A stretch of DNA of 63,785 bases, filler included, from Sphacelaria rigidula (GCA_964200075.2; 11 parts of 11 records of this genome joined end to end with filler, not necessarily neighbours in it); one strand, 5' to 3'; positions 24,721 through 36,761 are shown, counted from the first letter of the whole stretch. Numbers and translations: made by a program. Notes: generated from the letters alone by a model not told the origin.

Positions 24721-25159
24721 CACGGGATCTTACAAATTCAGGATGGATCTTTTGTTGGGGATGAGAAACCCGGAGAATTAAAATCTTCGTATCCAAACCG
24801 AATCTTCGAAACATGGTTCCATTTTTCACCTACTGATCAATAGCTACTGACAACTGCTACACGGTATAAAAATTTGAATTTCGATCACCGACATGTTGGG
24901 GTCCTACCTAGGTGAAAAACCAAGTTCGGAACCATTTTGGCGTCCGTTCGGATACCCGAATTTCCCAAAATTGGTTTTTCACCTCTGACCCCAAAATTTT
25001 GGTGATCGGAATCCAATTTTCTATCGCGTGTAGCAGTTGTCAATAGCTATCAGTAGGTGAAGAAATGGAACCATTTTTCGAAGATTTGGTGTGGATACGA
25101 ATATTTTAATTCTTCTCATCCCCCATAAACGATCCATCCCCAATTTGTAAGATCCCGTG
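24721..25159. mobile_element. Long-palindrome MITE with CAC..GTG termini inserted in an RTE
   Basis: TIR CACGGGATCTTACAAATT and ~190-bp imperfect inverted arms. Flanks TCAGAAAG/TCAGAAG. Superfamily uncertain. Confidence 0.8.
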
Positions 25160-25736
25160 TCAGAAGCTATGTCACTTGGAGACCCTTCAAATTCCTCGCC
25201 GAGACAAGAAAAAGGGCACTGAGAGAGCTATGGCCAACGGCGAAGCGATGGGGACGGATCGGCTGGCTGCTGAACTAACTCTCAAGACTCGGGATTGGAT
25301 TGGTCGGGAAGTCTCCGGAGATCTTGTACCATTTCCGCCGCATCATCGCTACCGTGTGGAAGCCCGGCTACAGATGCGCAGTGCACGTGGAACGACATCC
25401 ACCATCAGAGTGCTACTACACACAAAAAAGGCACAGCCGAGAGTGTGCAGTCGCTACAGGGGGCATCTCCCTCGTAGGGCACGCTGAGGAAGTCCTCCCT
25501 CGACATCGTAGCCAAACAGGCTCTCGGTAGGTTCGACAAGGAAACGAGGCGTTTTCCCCGAAGAAAGGGTGTACGGATTCCGGCGCCGACGATCGACCAT
25601 CGGCATGATGTTCGTAAATTAGTGCACCAACCGCAGGAGTTGGGACGGGCGTACAAAATACGGGATATGATTATATGCATCATCGGCCGGCAGAAGTAAG
25701 GCGTCCGGTCTCTGTAGATCGTACGCTCCGGTTGGG

Positions 25737-25799
25737 GGCGTACTCATTTGTTGCTTGCCTTAGTCGTTTGACCATTGACCACGCATCCCTTTCGAGACG
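25737..25799 (-). mobile_element. C-tailed short element, subfamily A (also 17245-17312 +, 23233-23304 -, 36337-36413 +; degraded at 23093-23132, 40536-40556, 40657-40724)
   Basis: Near-identical ~70-nt copies. This copy is flanked by duplicated ACGCTCCGGTTGGG (25723-25736, 25797-25810). Confidence 0.85.
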
Positions 25800-27520
25800 C
25801 TCCGGTTGGGAGCGCTTGACCGTTTCGGAGTCCCGCTGCAGATGACGAAGGTCCTCCGTGGGTGTCACGATGGCATGCGCCTCTGGATGATAACGAGCTA
25901 TCAGAGTGGTTCCATGTCTGCGAGGAACTCAGGTAGGGACGAGTGTCGTCCCCCTTGCCGTTCGGCAATTTCGGCGGCAGCATTGGTCGACGCGATCTTA
26001 CAGCGTCCTGCGGCAGATCCGGCCATCGTATCAGACTTGGTATACCTGGGTGATGCTGCGATGAAGCGAGGACGGAGGATGACCACTCCACAGAGGATAC
26101 GTTACTGATGACGGTATGGTGCGCAGCGTGAGTCATGGAATGCTGCTGTACGTGCATGGCACAGGCACAGACTCGAGATTCCCAGACGGGCTTGCACCTT
26201 TGAGCTGTTGGTGTTCAATTAAAAAAAACAAGGTATCTCGATACCACAAACAGGGGTGTGCTGCCAGCAGTGGTAATAGCAACACGACCTCGCATTCTAC
26301 CGGAGTGTAGTATTGCAGCGCCTTTTGCTCACGACGACCAAAGAGGGTGCTGTCTGGGCAGCTAGGTTATACATTGCGTTTGGCTGGGGACGGGTAGGAG
26401 GATGAAGTTGGGTCGCACGGTGCAGCTGGCGTTTCGATAATCTGTTGTACCGCTATTTCGCCTTACTCCAAAACTTACAACGCAAAATGCCCCAAACATT
26501 TATTTCTGGTACAAATCGCTGACATATTGGCGGTGGGCAGTAGAGCGAAGAGTAACCTTAAAGTACTACTATGTGGTGGTGGAACAATTTTAAGACCAAG
26601 TGCAGTGTCATATTCCGGGCCCAGAAACGTCGATTCTCAACGGGATACGAACAGTGAAGCATGGAACCATGCCGCGTTAGATCCCCGCGGTAGCCTCTGC
26701 CGAGAAAAGAGTAATGGGGACCAAGGCAAAATCGACATGTATGTGAGATGTTTAGACCTGGATTCTCCAGAACCAGCTATATCTGCATTCTTCGTGGGGA
26801 AAAAAATCAAAATCTGGTTTCTGATACCACCTATATCTGCATTGTTCAAACTCGAGTTCAAGACGTGGTTTCTCAAACCAAATTCATCTCCATTCTTCAC
26901 ATAATAGTTCCAAGACCTGGTTTTTTAAACCAGCTCCGTCTCAATTCTTCATATAATAATTCCAAGACCTGGTTTCTGGCACTACCCGTCATGTCGATTT
27001 TCGGGGTGTGGCCGTTTCTTCGCAACAGTTTTTTCTTTCCTTTTGGGAGGGATGGGGGGGGTGGGACTATCGCGGCATCACTCTATGAACAAAGTTGCAC
27101 TACCGTTTCGACCTTTGACAACAGGAAACAGGCAGAACAAAGACAAAATACAAACCATTTATTTTGCGTGTTTAAGCTGATGCTCACCGACAATCTCCGA
27201 CGAGGTTCACTGAGTCCGGAGATTTCAATATGGAATGCCGTACTCCCACTAAAATCGACTACTCCATCGCCCAAACCCTACTGAGTTGGCAAACTGGATC
27301 GCAACTAACGGTACACGAGAGAGTGTTGAGAATCGGGCAAACGCAAGTTGCATCAACTTTTCTGGCGCATCTTTTTGTTTTCCCTGGCGCACTTTTTTAT
27401 CCACCGACGCTTCGTTTTTGGTCGCTTCATCTCCGTCGGTGCGTCACCTTTCTGTCGATGTGATTGGTTCGCTCTCACTCTGCGCAAAGAAAAAGAAGAA
27501 AGAAAACCAAACATCCGTAC

Positions 27521-27805
27521 TAGTGTTGGAGATATCTTACCGAAAGAAGGTTTTAATACATCGTATCGGAGTGCCGAAGTATCCATATCGTTGTCGTGTC
27601 GAAAACAGTCCGATATAGCGACAACGATAACGATAAGTTCGATACAATACAATACGATACGTACGGTACGGTACGATACGGTACGATACGATAAGATATG
27701 ATACGATACGATACGACACGACACGACACGACACGGCACGACACGACACGATACGATACGATACGATACGATACGATACGATGAATTCCGTCCTTCTAAC
27801 CCTTG
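27521..27805. repeat. (GATAC/GACAC)n pentamer array, possibly inside a hAT-like non-autonomous element
   Basis: Pentamer run at 27640-27783. Ends TAGTGTTGGA and TCTAACCCTTG resemble hAT termini, but there is no clean TSD. Confidence 0.6.
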
Positions 27806-28801
27806 TGGTACTGGCAGTGGAAAAATGCTGATTTCGAGGTGCTGTTTTTTGCACATCATGTGGTTGGTTATTTGCAGCTTTCAAGGACCACTACTTTGCA
27901 CAAGGCGTGTTTTTCAGATCCGCGATCGCTTCGAACTGGCGGTGAATCGCGTAAATACTCTATCGTGCCTCAATCCTTCCACGTGTGGTGAAGGGATTTC
28001 TATGTGCTCGGCCATACTACTTTGTTTCTGTGATGTGGCTTAGCACGCTTGCCAAGTGTTGGGCGGGTACGGCCTCCGGACTACAGCACAACAATACTCC
28101 GGTGGGGTACGTCAAGTATATGAATGTGAATGTGTGCCGCAGTGCCACACGGGACTAAATATATAGAAAATATACAGGTGGTGCTGATTTTTGTTGTATG
28201 AAATTCAGAGACCGTGGTGCTGATTTTTGCACTGTGCACAAAGTTTACCATACTGGACCCGTTACGTCCCCTCATTCGATAAAACTAATTCGACCGCACA
28301 GTGGTGACATTTTTGGTGCGAGCATGAAGTATGCCGGCGGATTCTTGTGTGGCCTCCCGCTGTAAAAATGGTTGTTGTCGGGGTTTTTTCTTCCATCTTT
28401 CCTTCTTTGTCAGCGCTTGAAATAATGAGGCGTCTGGACCGGGGATGGGGAGGGGAAGGTTCCCAAAGGGCTAACTGAATAGTGATGCATTATTCAACAT
28501 ATAGTTGGTGGGGGTGTGATCGTTACGTTCTTACCCGTTCTTCTCTTCGTTTTTCATTTTCCGTCGTTCACTTCGGGGGATCAAATGCTTCAAGGATGCA
28601 TTTCTGCTCTTTGGCCATGCTACTCTAGGTAGGGTAAACAAATCTCACACTCCTGTCCGTTCATACGTGCCGATTATTCCGTTTTGTTTTCCCCGTTATA
28701 CTTTTCATTTTTCTTCATGTGCGTGTGTGTGTGTGTGTTTTATTGCGCGCTCCATTTTTTCTTCTCTTATGTCTCCAGGTTTGTGTAGAGTGTGTTCTAC
28801 T

Positions 28802-28927
28802 TTAACCCTTTTGGAACCCATTGACGATTTTTGTTTTCGTGAATCGGCATCGTTTTCAGTCATTTTCAAGTCAAAATTATGCCGATTCACCAAAACAAAA
28901 ATCGTCAGTGGGTTCCAAAAGGGTTAA
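28802..28927. mobile_element. piggyBac-type MITE (TTAA-CCC...GGG-TTAA), fully palindromic
   Basis: TTAA on both sides and ~45-bp inverted arms. Confidence 0.85.
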
Positions 28928-29188
28928 GGTTATACATTATNNNNNNNNNNNNNNNNNNNNNNNNNNNNNNNNNNNNNNNNNNNNTTAATTAATTAANNNN
29001 NNNNNNNNNNNNNNNNNNNNNNNNNNNNNNNNNNNNNNNNACTTCCAGACCCGCCGCGTTTCGGAATATGCATGCAGATCTGGGTTCCAACCTGTACAAA
29101 ATTGCTTGTCGATAGGACTCGGGGCTGGTCGTTATGGGGTCAATCCCCTGTCAAAAGGGGATTGTGAAAAAGGGGATTATCCCCTTCG

Positions 29189-29497
29189 TTAACCCTTACC
29201 GCGAGGCTAGTCTTCTGTTGAATCGGCATCAATTTCAAGTGAAACAAAGCATGCATGATCCAGCAAGACTAATTTCGCGGTCTAACGGTTAAACCGTTAG
29301 ACCGCGAAATTAGTCTTGCTTAGACCGCGAAATTAGTCTTGCTGGATCATGCATCCTTTGTTTCACTTGAAACCGTTAGACCGCGAAATTAGTCTTGCTT
29401 AGACCGCGAAATTAGTCTTGCTGTTGAATCGGCATCAATTTCAAGTGAAAAAAGTATGCATGATCCAGAAAGACTTATCTCGCGGTCTAAGGGTTAA
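29189..29497. mobile_element. Tandem/inverted cluster of ~100-bp piggyBac-type MITEs
   Basis: Repeated CC(C/G)TTAGACCGCGA termini with TTAA flanks. Confidence 0.8.
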
Positions 29498-30107
29498 GAC
29501 AGGGCCTGCACAAACCATAGATTTCCGAGAAATATCTGTCAACTGCCGAGTGGTAAAGTCCACCTCTCATTTTTACCTGAAAAAAACTGAAAATGATGCC
29601 GATTCATGAAAAGGCCCCCTGGGTGCAAACACCATGTTTCTGGGATAGTCCAGTCCCCGTATATATGGGTTGCACAGGAAGCCCCGTATATATGGGCTCC
29701 TAGAAAAATAAGAGTTTCTTCACATCTATCGCGCTCTGTATGTTGTATATACTGTACAGTAGTATTTGGGACCGCGCCCTGCATTATGTACTAATGAGAC
29801 CGCACACATAATTGCACCGCTGTATAAATGACTACCGAAGCAGCGGGCTAACTCGCAGAGATTCACCTGTTAATTAAGTACCTGCGCCTGCGCAGGGATA
29901 TCCCACTGACATCCCTGTCATCCCTGTCACAGAGACATCCCCACGCAGGTACCTCACAGGTGCATCCCTGTGAGGTAACCCACTGGTTCGGCTGGCATGT
30001 TCGCAGGGATTTCGGCAGCCTTACTGCGCAGGGCCTACGCGGGTGAGCCACAGGGGGGAACCTTTGCCCGCGTGTGTAGCGCTTGCTGCCCGGTGCGCTG
30101 GATCTCA

Positions 30108-30315
30108 GAGCGTGTCTTATAGCACATTATATTTCGTTAGTAAATGTGCGGTGGAACAGGATAACTCCGACCCGATAGGTCGTGATTCCGGCTATCGTAC
30201 TATGGTGGGTCGTGTACTTTGAAGATGCCATGGTTGAAATCACGACCTATCAGATCGAAGTTTTTGTTTTTTACCGCACTTTTTCGATCGAAAAATAATG
30301 TGCTACGACACGGCC
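30108..30315. mobile_element. Harbinger-type MITE H1
   Basis: TSD TCA. Homologous to the 9876 copy. Confidence 0.85.
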
Positions 30316-33300
30316 TCATCAAGTTTCAGGCGCAGGAGTGAAGATGAAACCGCTAACAGATATGCCCAACATAAGAAAAAATCGATAACACGGTGACAAC
30401 CAGACTTTCGGATGGCAAGCTGGGGTCCGCGTGGAAATCTGTGAAGAGTCAGATAGCTGACGAAATAAATGTCCGAACTACGGGGGCACTCGGTTGGTTC
30501 CGAACCAAAACAAAGTAGATTCCAACGGCCGTTCTTGCTGTACTGTTGTTGGCGACTGCGGCTTTCCCGCTTGTACATTACCATCACCTCGCACCACCCC
30601 AAGGTCCTTGCATTCGGTAGTGCGGCTCCGCCCATTTGATAAGAGAAACACTGTCAAGCATCAGGTGGCTGGCTGTGCCGCATGATCGGGCATCGCTGAT
30701 GTCTTATTCCAGACATACTCGCAGTTCACAGCGGATATGTACCTCGGTTTCTACAATAGCACGCACTCGCATCTATTGCCTGCACATAATCAACTCACTT
30801 GTTTGAAACCATGCATTCAGACCCGCGTCCGACCTTCAAAACCGATGGCAGCGAAATCTTGTCGCTTTTGTGCTGCTGACGCACAGGCGGGCCGTGGGTG
30901 GTAAAGGCAATGCCCAAGTACACATATTGGCAAAGAAATGGGAAGAGGAAGGGTTTCTTCTTGAGATATTTTCCTCACTACCGACACGAAGCAAGATCCC
31001 GGTGATTCGATGCCCTGGTATACAACAGTACGAAAGGTGGGCCTGTGCATTGGCGGCTCTGGCCATTTAAAATCAAGCCGGTCGCAGCAGCGGCGAGTTA
31101 GTGGATGATTTTCCAGTTCATCGGCGTTTATCGGCGACGCCGATGAAGTGGAAATATATCGACGGCGAGCGGCGACGCCGCGATAACCCCGCCCCTTCCT
31201 TCCCCCCCCCTCCCCGCCCGGCTGATGCGATGAGGGGGGCCCGCAGCCGGAGACAAAAGAAATGCGGCATTTGGCTTGCTTCCCCTTGAAAAACATTCCC
31301 CGTCGTGGTGTCTGTAACCCTGTTTGGAATTTTATGCATCGTTACTAGTTAGGCTAGATTGTACGCTTTCTACTGGTATACCGGTCACGAGTTCAGATTC
31401 GTTGTTGTCCGACCGCAAATAAAATGTGTCAAACGTCGGATAACACCTCTCCCTTTTCGCTGAGAACGTTCAGTGAGGGGATGCGTTTGACGCATCTCCA
31501 GGGAAAGGACAGGGGGGAGAAGGTGGGTCATAAGGAAATATTATGTGGTGCATACACATTCTAGCGATGTCCCCCGCGTGTTGAGGGTCATCGTTATTCG
31601 GCTGTGAGTGCCTACGTAACTAGCGAAAACGGTAGGTAACGCCCCCATTGTGCCTGGAGAGGGGATAAAGTGATTTCATCCCCGCGTGAGGAGAAGAGGG
31701 AGGGGGGGGGGGGACCATTTTATTGTCGACATGGATGGTTATGACCTCCGGGACAGAGCCACCTTGAACGGCAGCGGGAGGGAGTGCGGTGGAGCGGGGA
31801 CCAGAAGCAGGTGACGGCTCGCGACCAATGGCCGCTCCGCCGACCGCACCCGATCTGTGATCACGGACGATGCACGGGCCGAGATCATTACGACCTCTGG
31901 AACAGAGCTACCGAGAAATCTCGGCGCAAGAACCCATGACTGGGGGTGCACATCGTCTACCGCCTTCAGTGGTGTATCGTGCTTTCACGAAACCTCTCGG
32001 GGGGTGAACATTTATTTGCAACACGACCCGGGCGGGGAAGAATGTGGCTGAGACGAGGTCGCAAGCACCTGAGTCGCCTCTCCACCTATGGCCGTCCGCG
32101 GACGGCACCAGGTATAGGATCGTGGAGGAACAACGGGCCCGGGGGGCTCACGGAGAGGCGGCGAGGTAGTGTGGGGACGGTGACGGACGACGACAGAGAG
32201 ATGATCGCTGCCCATAGTTGTTGCCATAAATGTTGTACAATGCGACTACGTAGAAGTCACTCCCGCGTCTTACATCAGATATTTTGCATCGGCGCAGTAA
32301 AGGTCGAGTGCCCGCGGTGGCTATGCTTTTGTTGCATGAAGGTGTACTCAGGGGGCAACGAAGGTCCGCAGACTTGGGCTTGTCTATCACGCACACGAGG
32401 AGGAGAGGACGCCGCCGTGCTCGAGCAATAAACGGTAAGTTTCGTGATGATTTTGCTTGAGAATCTCCACAACACTGGTGTTCCACTCTCCAAAAACTTG
32501 AAAGTGAAAGAAAAAGGAAACAGAAAATTACCCATATAACACCAATTACAAGCAACAGGTGACAGTTCTAATTACTTGTTGGTGGACAATTGAGCTCTAT
32601 TTCAGTGTTACATATATGTATATATATATATCCCAAAATTTAGTGATGTTTGGGTTTGGATTCGGCGTCCCACCTTTCAATGAATCAGCGATGAGGTGGA
32701 AAAAATCGAAACAAAGTCCACCAAATCAATCACCAAAGAGTATGACATTCTAGCAACTAGCTAGAATGCCATACCCCTTGTCAACCACAAACAAACAACA
32801 ATCAACTAAATGAATTGGTGCATTAATCAACAGTACGATCGATTAGTTAAATATGCCCAACTAACTAATAACGAAATATACTGATACTACTACCGCTGCT
32901 GCCACTGCTACTACTAAAATTGACCAGAGAGAGATAAAAAAATAATGAGAGTACCGCCAAAATGAATGGCAAGAATGACGTATGTAGGCAGGCGCTCATA
33001 TCATTGAATGCACAGGATTCAGAAGCCGCGGGACGGTGTTGGGGGTTTGCTGAATCGGTCGCGACATGTTCACTGACAGCCTGTGGCTCGAAGCCCCCCC
33101 CCCCCTCATCTCTATACTTTTGGGTTAGCGTCGAGTGGCAGCGACGCTGTAAAACAAGCCACCAGAACCTAAACAGCGAATGAATGTGCAGACTGTCACC
33201 GTGCCTGTACCGTGAACCTCCACTAGACAAAAGAAAGTCCCGGATAGACAAGCAATATAGATATGCAAAAACACAAATAACAAGTTTTGTTTTCCCCCAG

Positions 33301-33434
33301 CAACACACAAGATGGGTATAGACATGATACGCCAAAGCTGGCCTGTTAAACTCCTTCCCTTTCCTTATCCCTCTTTTTTCCCTTTCATTTCGTCCTTTTC
33401 TTGTTTCTTTCCCTCTTTCCCTCCCTTTTTTTCC

Positions 33435-34222
33435 GCTACCATAGCACAGCCCACACATAGACATGGAATGAAGAAGCTAACCATCCTTTTTCTCAAACCT
33501 ACCATAACCCAGCCCGGACATGGACATAAAATGGAGAAGCTCACCCTGCTTTTTCTCAAACCTACCATAACACAGCCCGGACATGAACATGGATAAAGAA
33601 GCTGACCCCCCTTTTTCTTTAACCTACCAGAAAACAGCCCGAACACGGACATAAAATAGAGAAGCTAACCCTGTTTTTTTCAACATACCATAATACAGCC
33701 CGGGCATAGACATGGAATAGAGAAGCTAACCTGCCTCTTATTTCACCTACCATAACACAGCCCGGGCATAGGCATAAAATAGAGAAGCTAACCCTGCTTT
33801 CTCTTTAACCTACCATAACACAGCCTGGACAGCATAGCCATGAAATAGAGAAGCTACGCGCTCTTTATCTTTAACTTACCATAACTCGGCCCAGGCATAA
33901 ACATGAAATAAGCTGACCCTGCTTTTATTTAACCTACCAGAACACAGCCCGGATATAGACATGAAATAGAGCAGCTGACCATGAAATTAAAAAGATAACC
34001 CTACATTTTCTTCAACCTACCATAATCGAGCCCGGACGTGGACACAAAATAGAGAAGCTAACCCTGCTTTTTCTTCACCCTGCTGTGATATAGCCTGGGC
34101 ATAGACATAAAATATAAAAAGCTAACCTCCCTTTTTATTTATCACAATAACATAGCCCAGACATGGGCATGAAATAGAGAAGCTAACCCTATTTTTCATC
34201 GCCTGGATATAGACGTGAAATA
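33435..34222. repeat. Minisatellite, ~62-bp unit, about 12-13 diverged copies
   Basis: Unit is approximately CCTACCATAACACAGCCCGGACATAGACATGAAATAGAGAAGCTAACCCTGCTTTTTCTCAA. Confidence 0.95.
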
Positions 34223-34431
34223 GCAAGAAAAGACATACATTCTTTCTCATATCAAAACGGGATGTAATAACCGAGATTCTTCTCCCCGTGTCATAGTCAA
34301 CCTAAGACAAGAATAAAGCCAAAACCCAGACAAGTAAGTGACAGCGTAAAGGTTGACCACCTTGCATGGAAATCGAGAACACAAGATGCATAATCAGACT
34401 GGTTCACGCTTATCACCCGAAAAACACTCAT

Positions 34432-34745
34432 CGGCAAAACTTCACGCCGTTTCAAGAAGTTACACCCTGAAATTTTGCACGAATGTTCTATGGGTCATTA
34501 CGCAACTTTGCAGGAACGCGTTTTTTTTTTTTCAAAACTTTTTTCGCCCTTTTCCGGGGGTCGCATTTTTTGGGGGGAAACCTCGATCCAACCGGACCCC
34601 CGTAAAACGATAACAAAAAATAAAAGATAAAAAACTCGTTCCTGCAAAGTTGCGTAATGTCCCAAAGCACAGTTGTGCAAAATTTCAAGGTCTAACTCCT
34701 TAAAACGGCGTGAAGTTTTTGGCCTTTGTGCGATGAAGTTTGCCG
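34432..34745. mobile_element. Palindromic MITE-like element
   Basis: Inverted arms AAAACTTCACGCCGTTT..GAAATTTTGCAC..CAACTTTGCAGGAAC. Confidence 0.7.
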
Positions 34746-35364
34746 TACNNNNNNNNNNNNNNNNNNNNNNNNNNNNNNNNNNNNNNNNNNNNTTAATTAA
34801 TTAANNNNNNNNNNNNNNNNNNNNNNNNNNNNNNNNNNNNNNNNNNNNTCCGGCTGTCAAACGCGCGAAAGCTGGTCTGTCGCGCCAGGTATCCGTGCTG
34901 GTGTGGAGACCTCTCTTCCAAGGACGTCCGCCCTCTTTAGTCTCAGCACATTTTAGGCCTTAGAGTATGACCCTCTTCGATTGACGCCGTGGATGATGAA
35001 TTATAATTTCAGTACAATGCCTCCATAACATTGAAAAGGAACAACACTGTTTTGGGACGTTTGACCCATTTTTTGACCCCCAAACAGGGAAAATCGCCAA
35101 CGCACGTCTCGGACACTTTGCATCACCCCACAAAGAGGAGCCTGGCCTACTTTTCAGATTCGCTTCGCTTCGAGGTTTCAAGATCGGCCGCTGAACAACA
35201 ACTCGTGTGCAATAATCTGTGCTTGCCAGCATACGGCAGTTTGCCCATTTATCTGTGGAAATCGCCGTAGATTTTATTACACACGGAGTATTGTTCAGCG
35301 GCCAATCTCGAAACCTCGGAGCCTAGCGAATCTGGAAAGTGGACTAGACTCCTCTCTGTGGGGT

Positions 35365-35455
35365 ACTCATGATCATGATGCCATAGTCATCAGACCATTG
35401 ACCTCGCATCCCTACAAAGCCGGGACGGAGCACGCCGGGTTTTCGCCGGACCAGG
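35365..35455 (-). mobile_element. C-tailed short element, subfamily B (also 12961-13040 -, 17135-17231 +, and split 4855-4902 / 5327-5389 +)
   Basis: ~95-nt copies. This copy is flanked by duplicated CTCCTCTCTGTGGGGT (35349-35364, 35456-35471). Confidence 0.85.
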
Positions 35456-36655
35456 CTCCTCTCTGTGGGGTGACGCAAAGTGTCCGAGACCTGTGTTGGC
35501 GATTTTCCCGAGGCGACCTGACGAACTGTACACAAACAACGGTTGGTACAGTGAAGATGCCGCCAATTCTCACGCTAACCCTAACCCTAACCCCGACGAA
35601 GGCATACCGAGAACCCTCGGGCAAGGGAGTGCAGAGTGTTCCCTAGGCAAAGTGTGCGTTGCCAGACCTCAAAGCGTCTCGGCATGCGCCGATTTTGGAC
35701 GAAAACACGTTCTGGACGAGCTGGGCCTACTGCTCACCACTGCTCACCTGCACCAGACCATGAATTTTCTCAGAACTTTGTTCAGTCTAAAATCAAGTAA
35801 AATCGAGTATCAACCATTGTTCATGTACAGTTCGTAAGGTCACTGATTTTCCTTGTTTGGGGGTCAAAAAGTGGGTCAAACGTCCCGAAAGTCAACAATC
35901 CGTGGGCCAAAAATCTGTGTGCCATGACATTCGGCCTCATATGATGTGTAGTATGATACTCGTCAGCATGGCAATATCGGAGGGTTACGACGTATGTAAA
36001 TGTATACTTTATCATGAGCACAGCATAAGATATAACAGGAACGACAACATTATAGGGAACAAATAGAGAGTAATATACAGCGCGGAAGATCATGAGTCGG
36101 AAACATCTAAGAGCGCAAAAGGACAGGACAGCGGTTGATCCTTGCATGGTGAGGGATGGGTCGTATCTTGAATCGGCATCAATTTCACTTGAAACGAGTA
36201 TGCATGGTCCAGATGGCCTGCCCTCACGGGTTAGGGGTCAACAGTTACAAGGGAACGGGTGAGACCGTACGCAATAAGAATAATTTCTATTGTAACCCCC
36301 CCTCCTTGACCGGGTGTCTCTATTAGGAGTAGGAACGGTGCTCCGTCTCGAAAGGGATGCGTGGTCAATGGTCAAACGACTAAGGCAAGCAACAAATGAG
36401 TACGCCCCCCCCCTCCCTCCTTGATCTTTGACCGTGCGACCGCAAAGGTGGGCAAGCTGGGTGTTGCTCATTTCTCAAGTAAAGATGATGGCCGATTTAA
36501 CTACCCGAGCGGCCGAAAAGAGAAGATTTGACGACCTGGGTAGGTCATCTCCTCAACCATCAACGACATGTTCGTTTGAAAAGCGAATCTGAGACCCAGA
36601 TCGCCCCCCCTAGCGGTCGAACGGCTGATGACCCATTAACCACCACGGTGGGCGA

Positions 36656-36761
36656 CTAACCCTTAGACCGCGACGTTAGTCTTCTGTTGAATCGGCATCA
36701 ATTTCGAGTGGAAAATAGTATGCATGATCCAGAAAGACTAATCTCGCGGTCTAACGGTTAA
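36656..36761. mobile_element. piggyBac-type MITE (~100 bp)
   Basis: CTAA/TTAA flanks. Same family as 29189 and 37131. Confidence 0.82.

Larger units (their letters stand above)
24290..26200 (+). mobile_element. Decayed RTE-clade LINE fragment (EN-RT linker and RT domains)
   Basis: Motifs YIRGEDGE, RAMANGEAMGTDRLAAEL, HKKG..ECSRYRGISLVGHA, SVDRTL, RFGVPLQM..V..CHDGMR and MLLYVHG (decayed YADD). Interrupted at 24721-25159 and 25737-25796. Confidence 0.9.

Noticed and set aside
33435..34222. CRISPR array
   Set aside because: The units are wholly tandem with no unique spacers, there are no cas genes, and the context is eukaryotic.
35385..35447. CUGAUGA and GAAA within subfamily B as a hammerhead
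   Set aside because: The UGAU lies in a variable loop (UUAU, UCAU or AAAC in other copies), and hammerhead stems cannot be formed.
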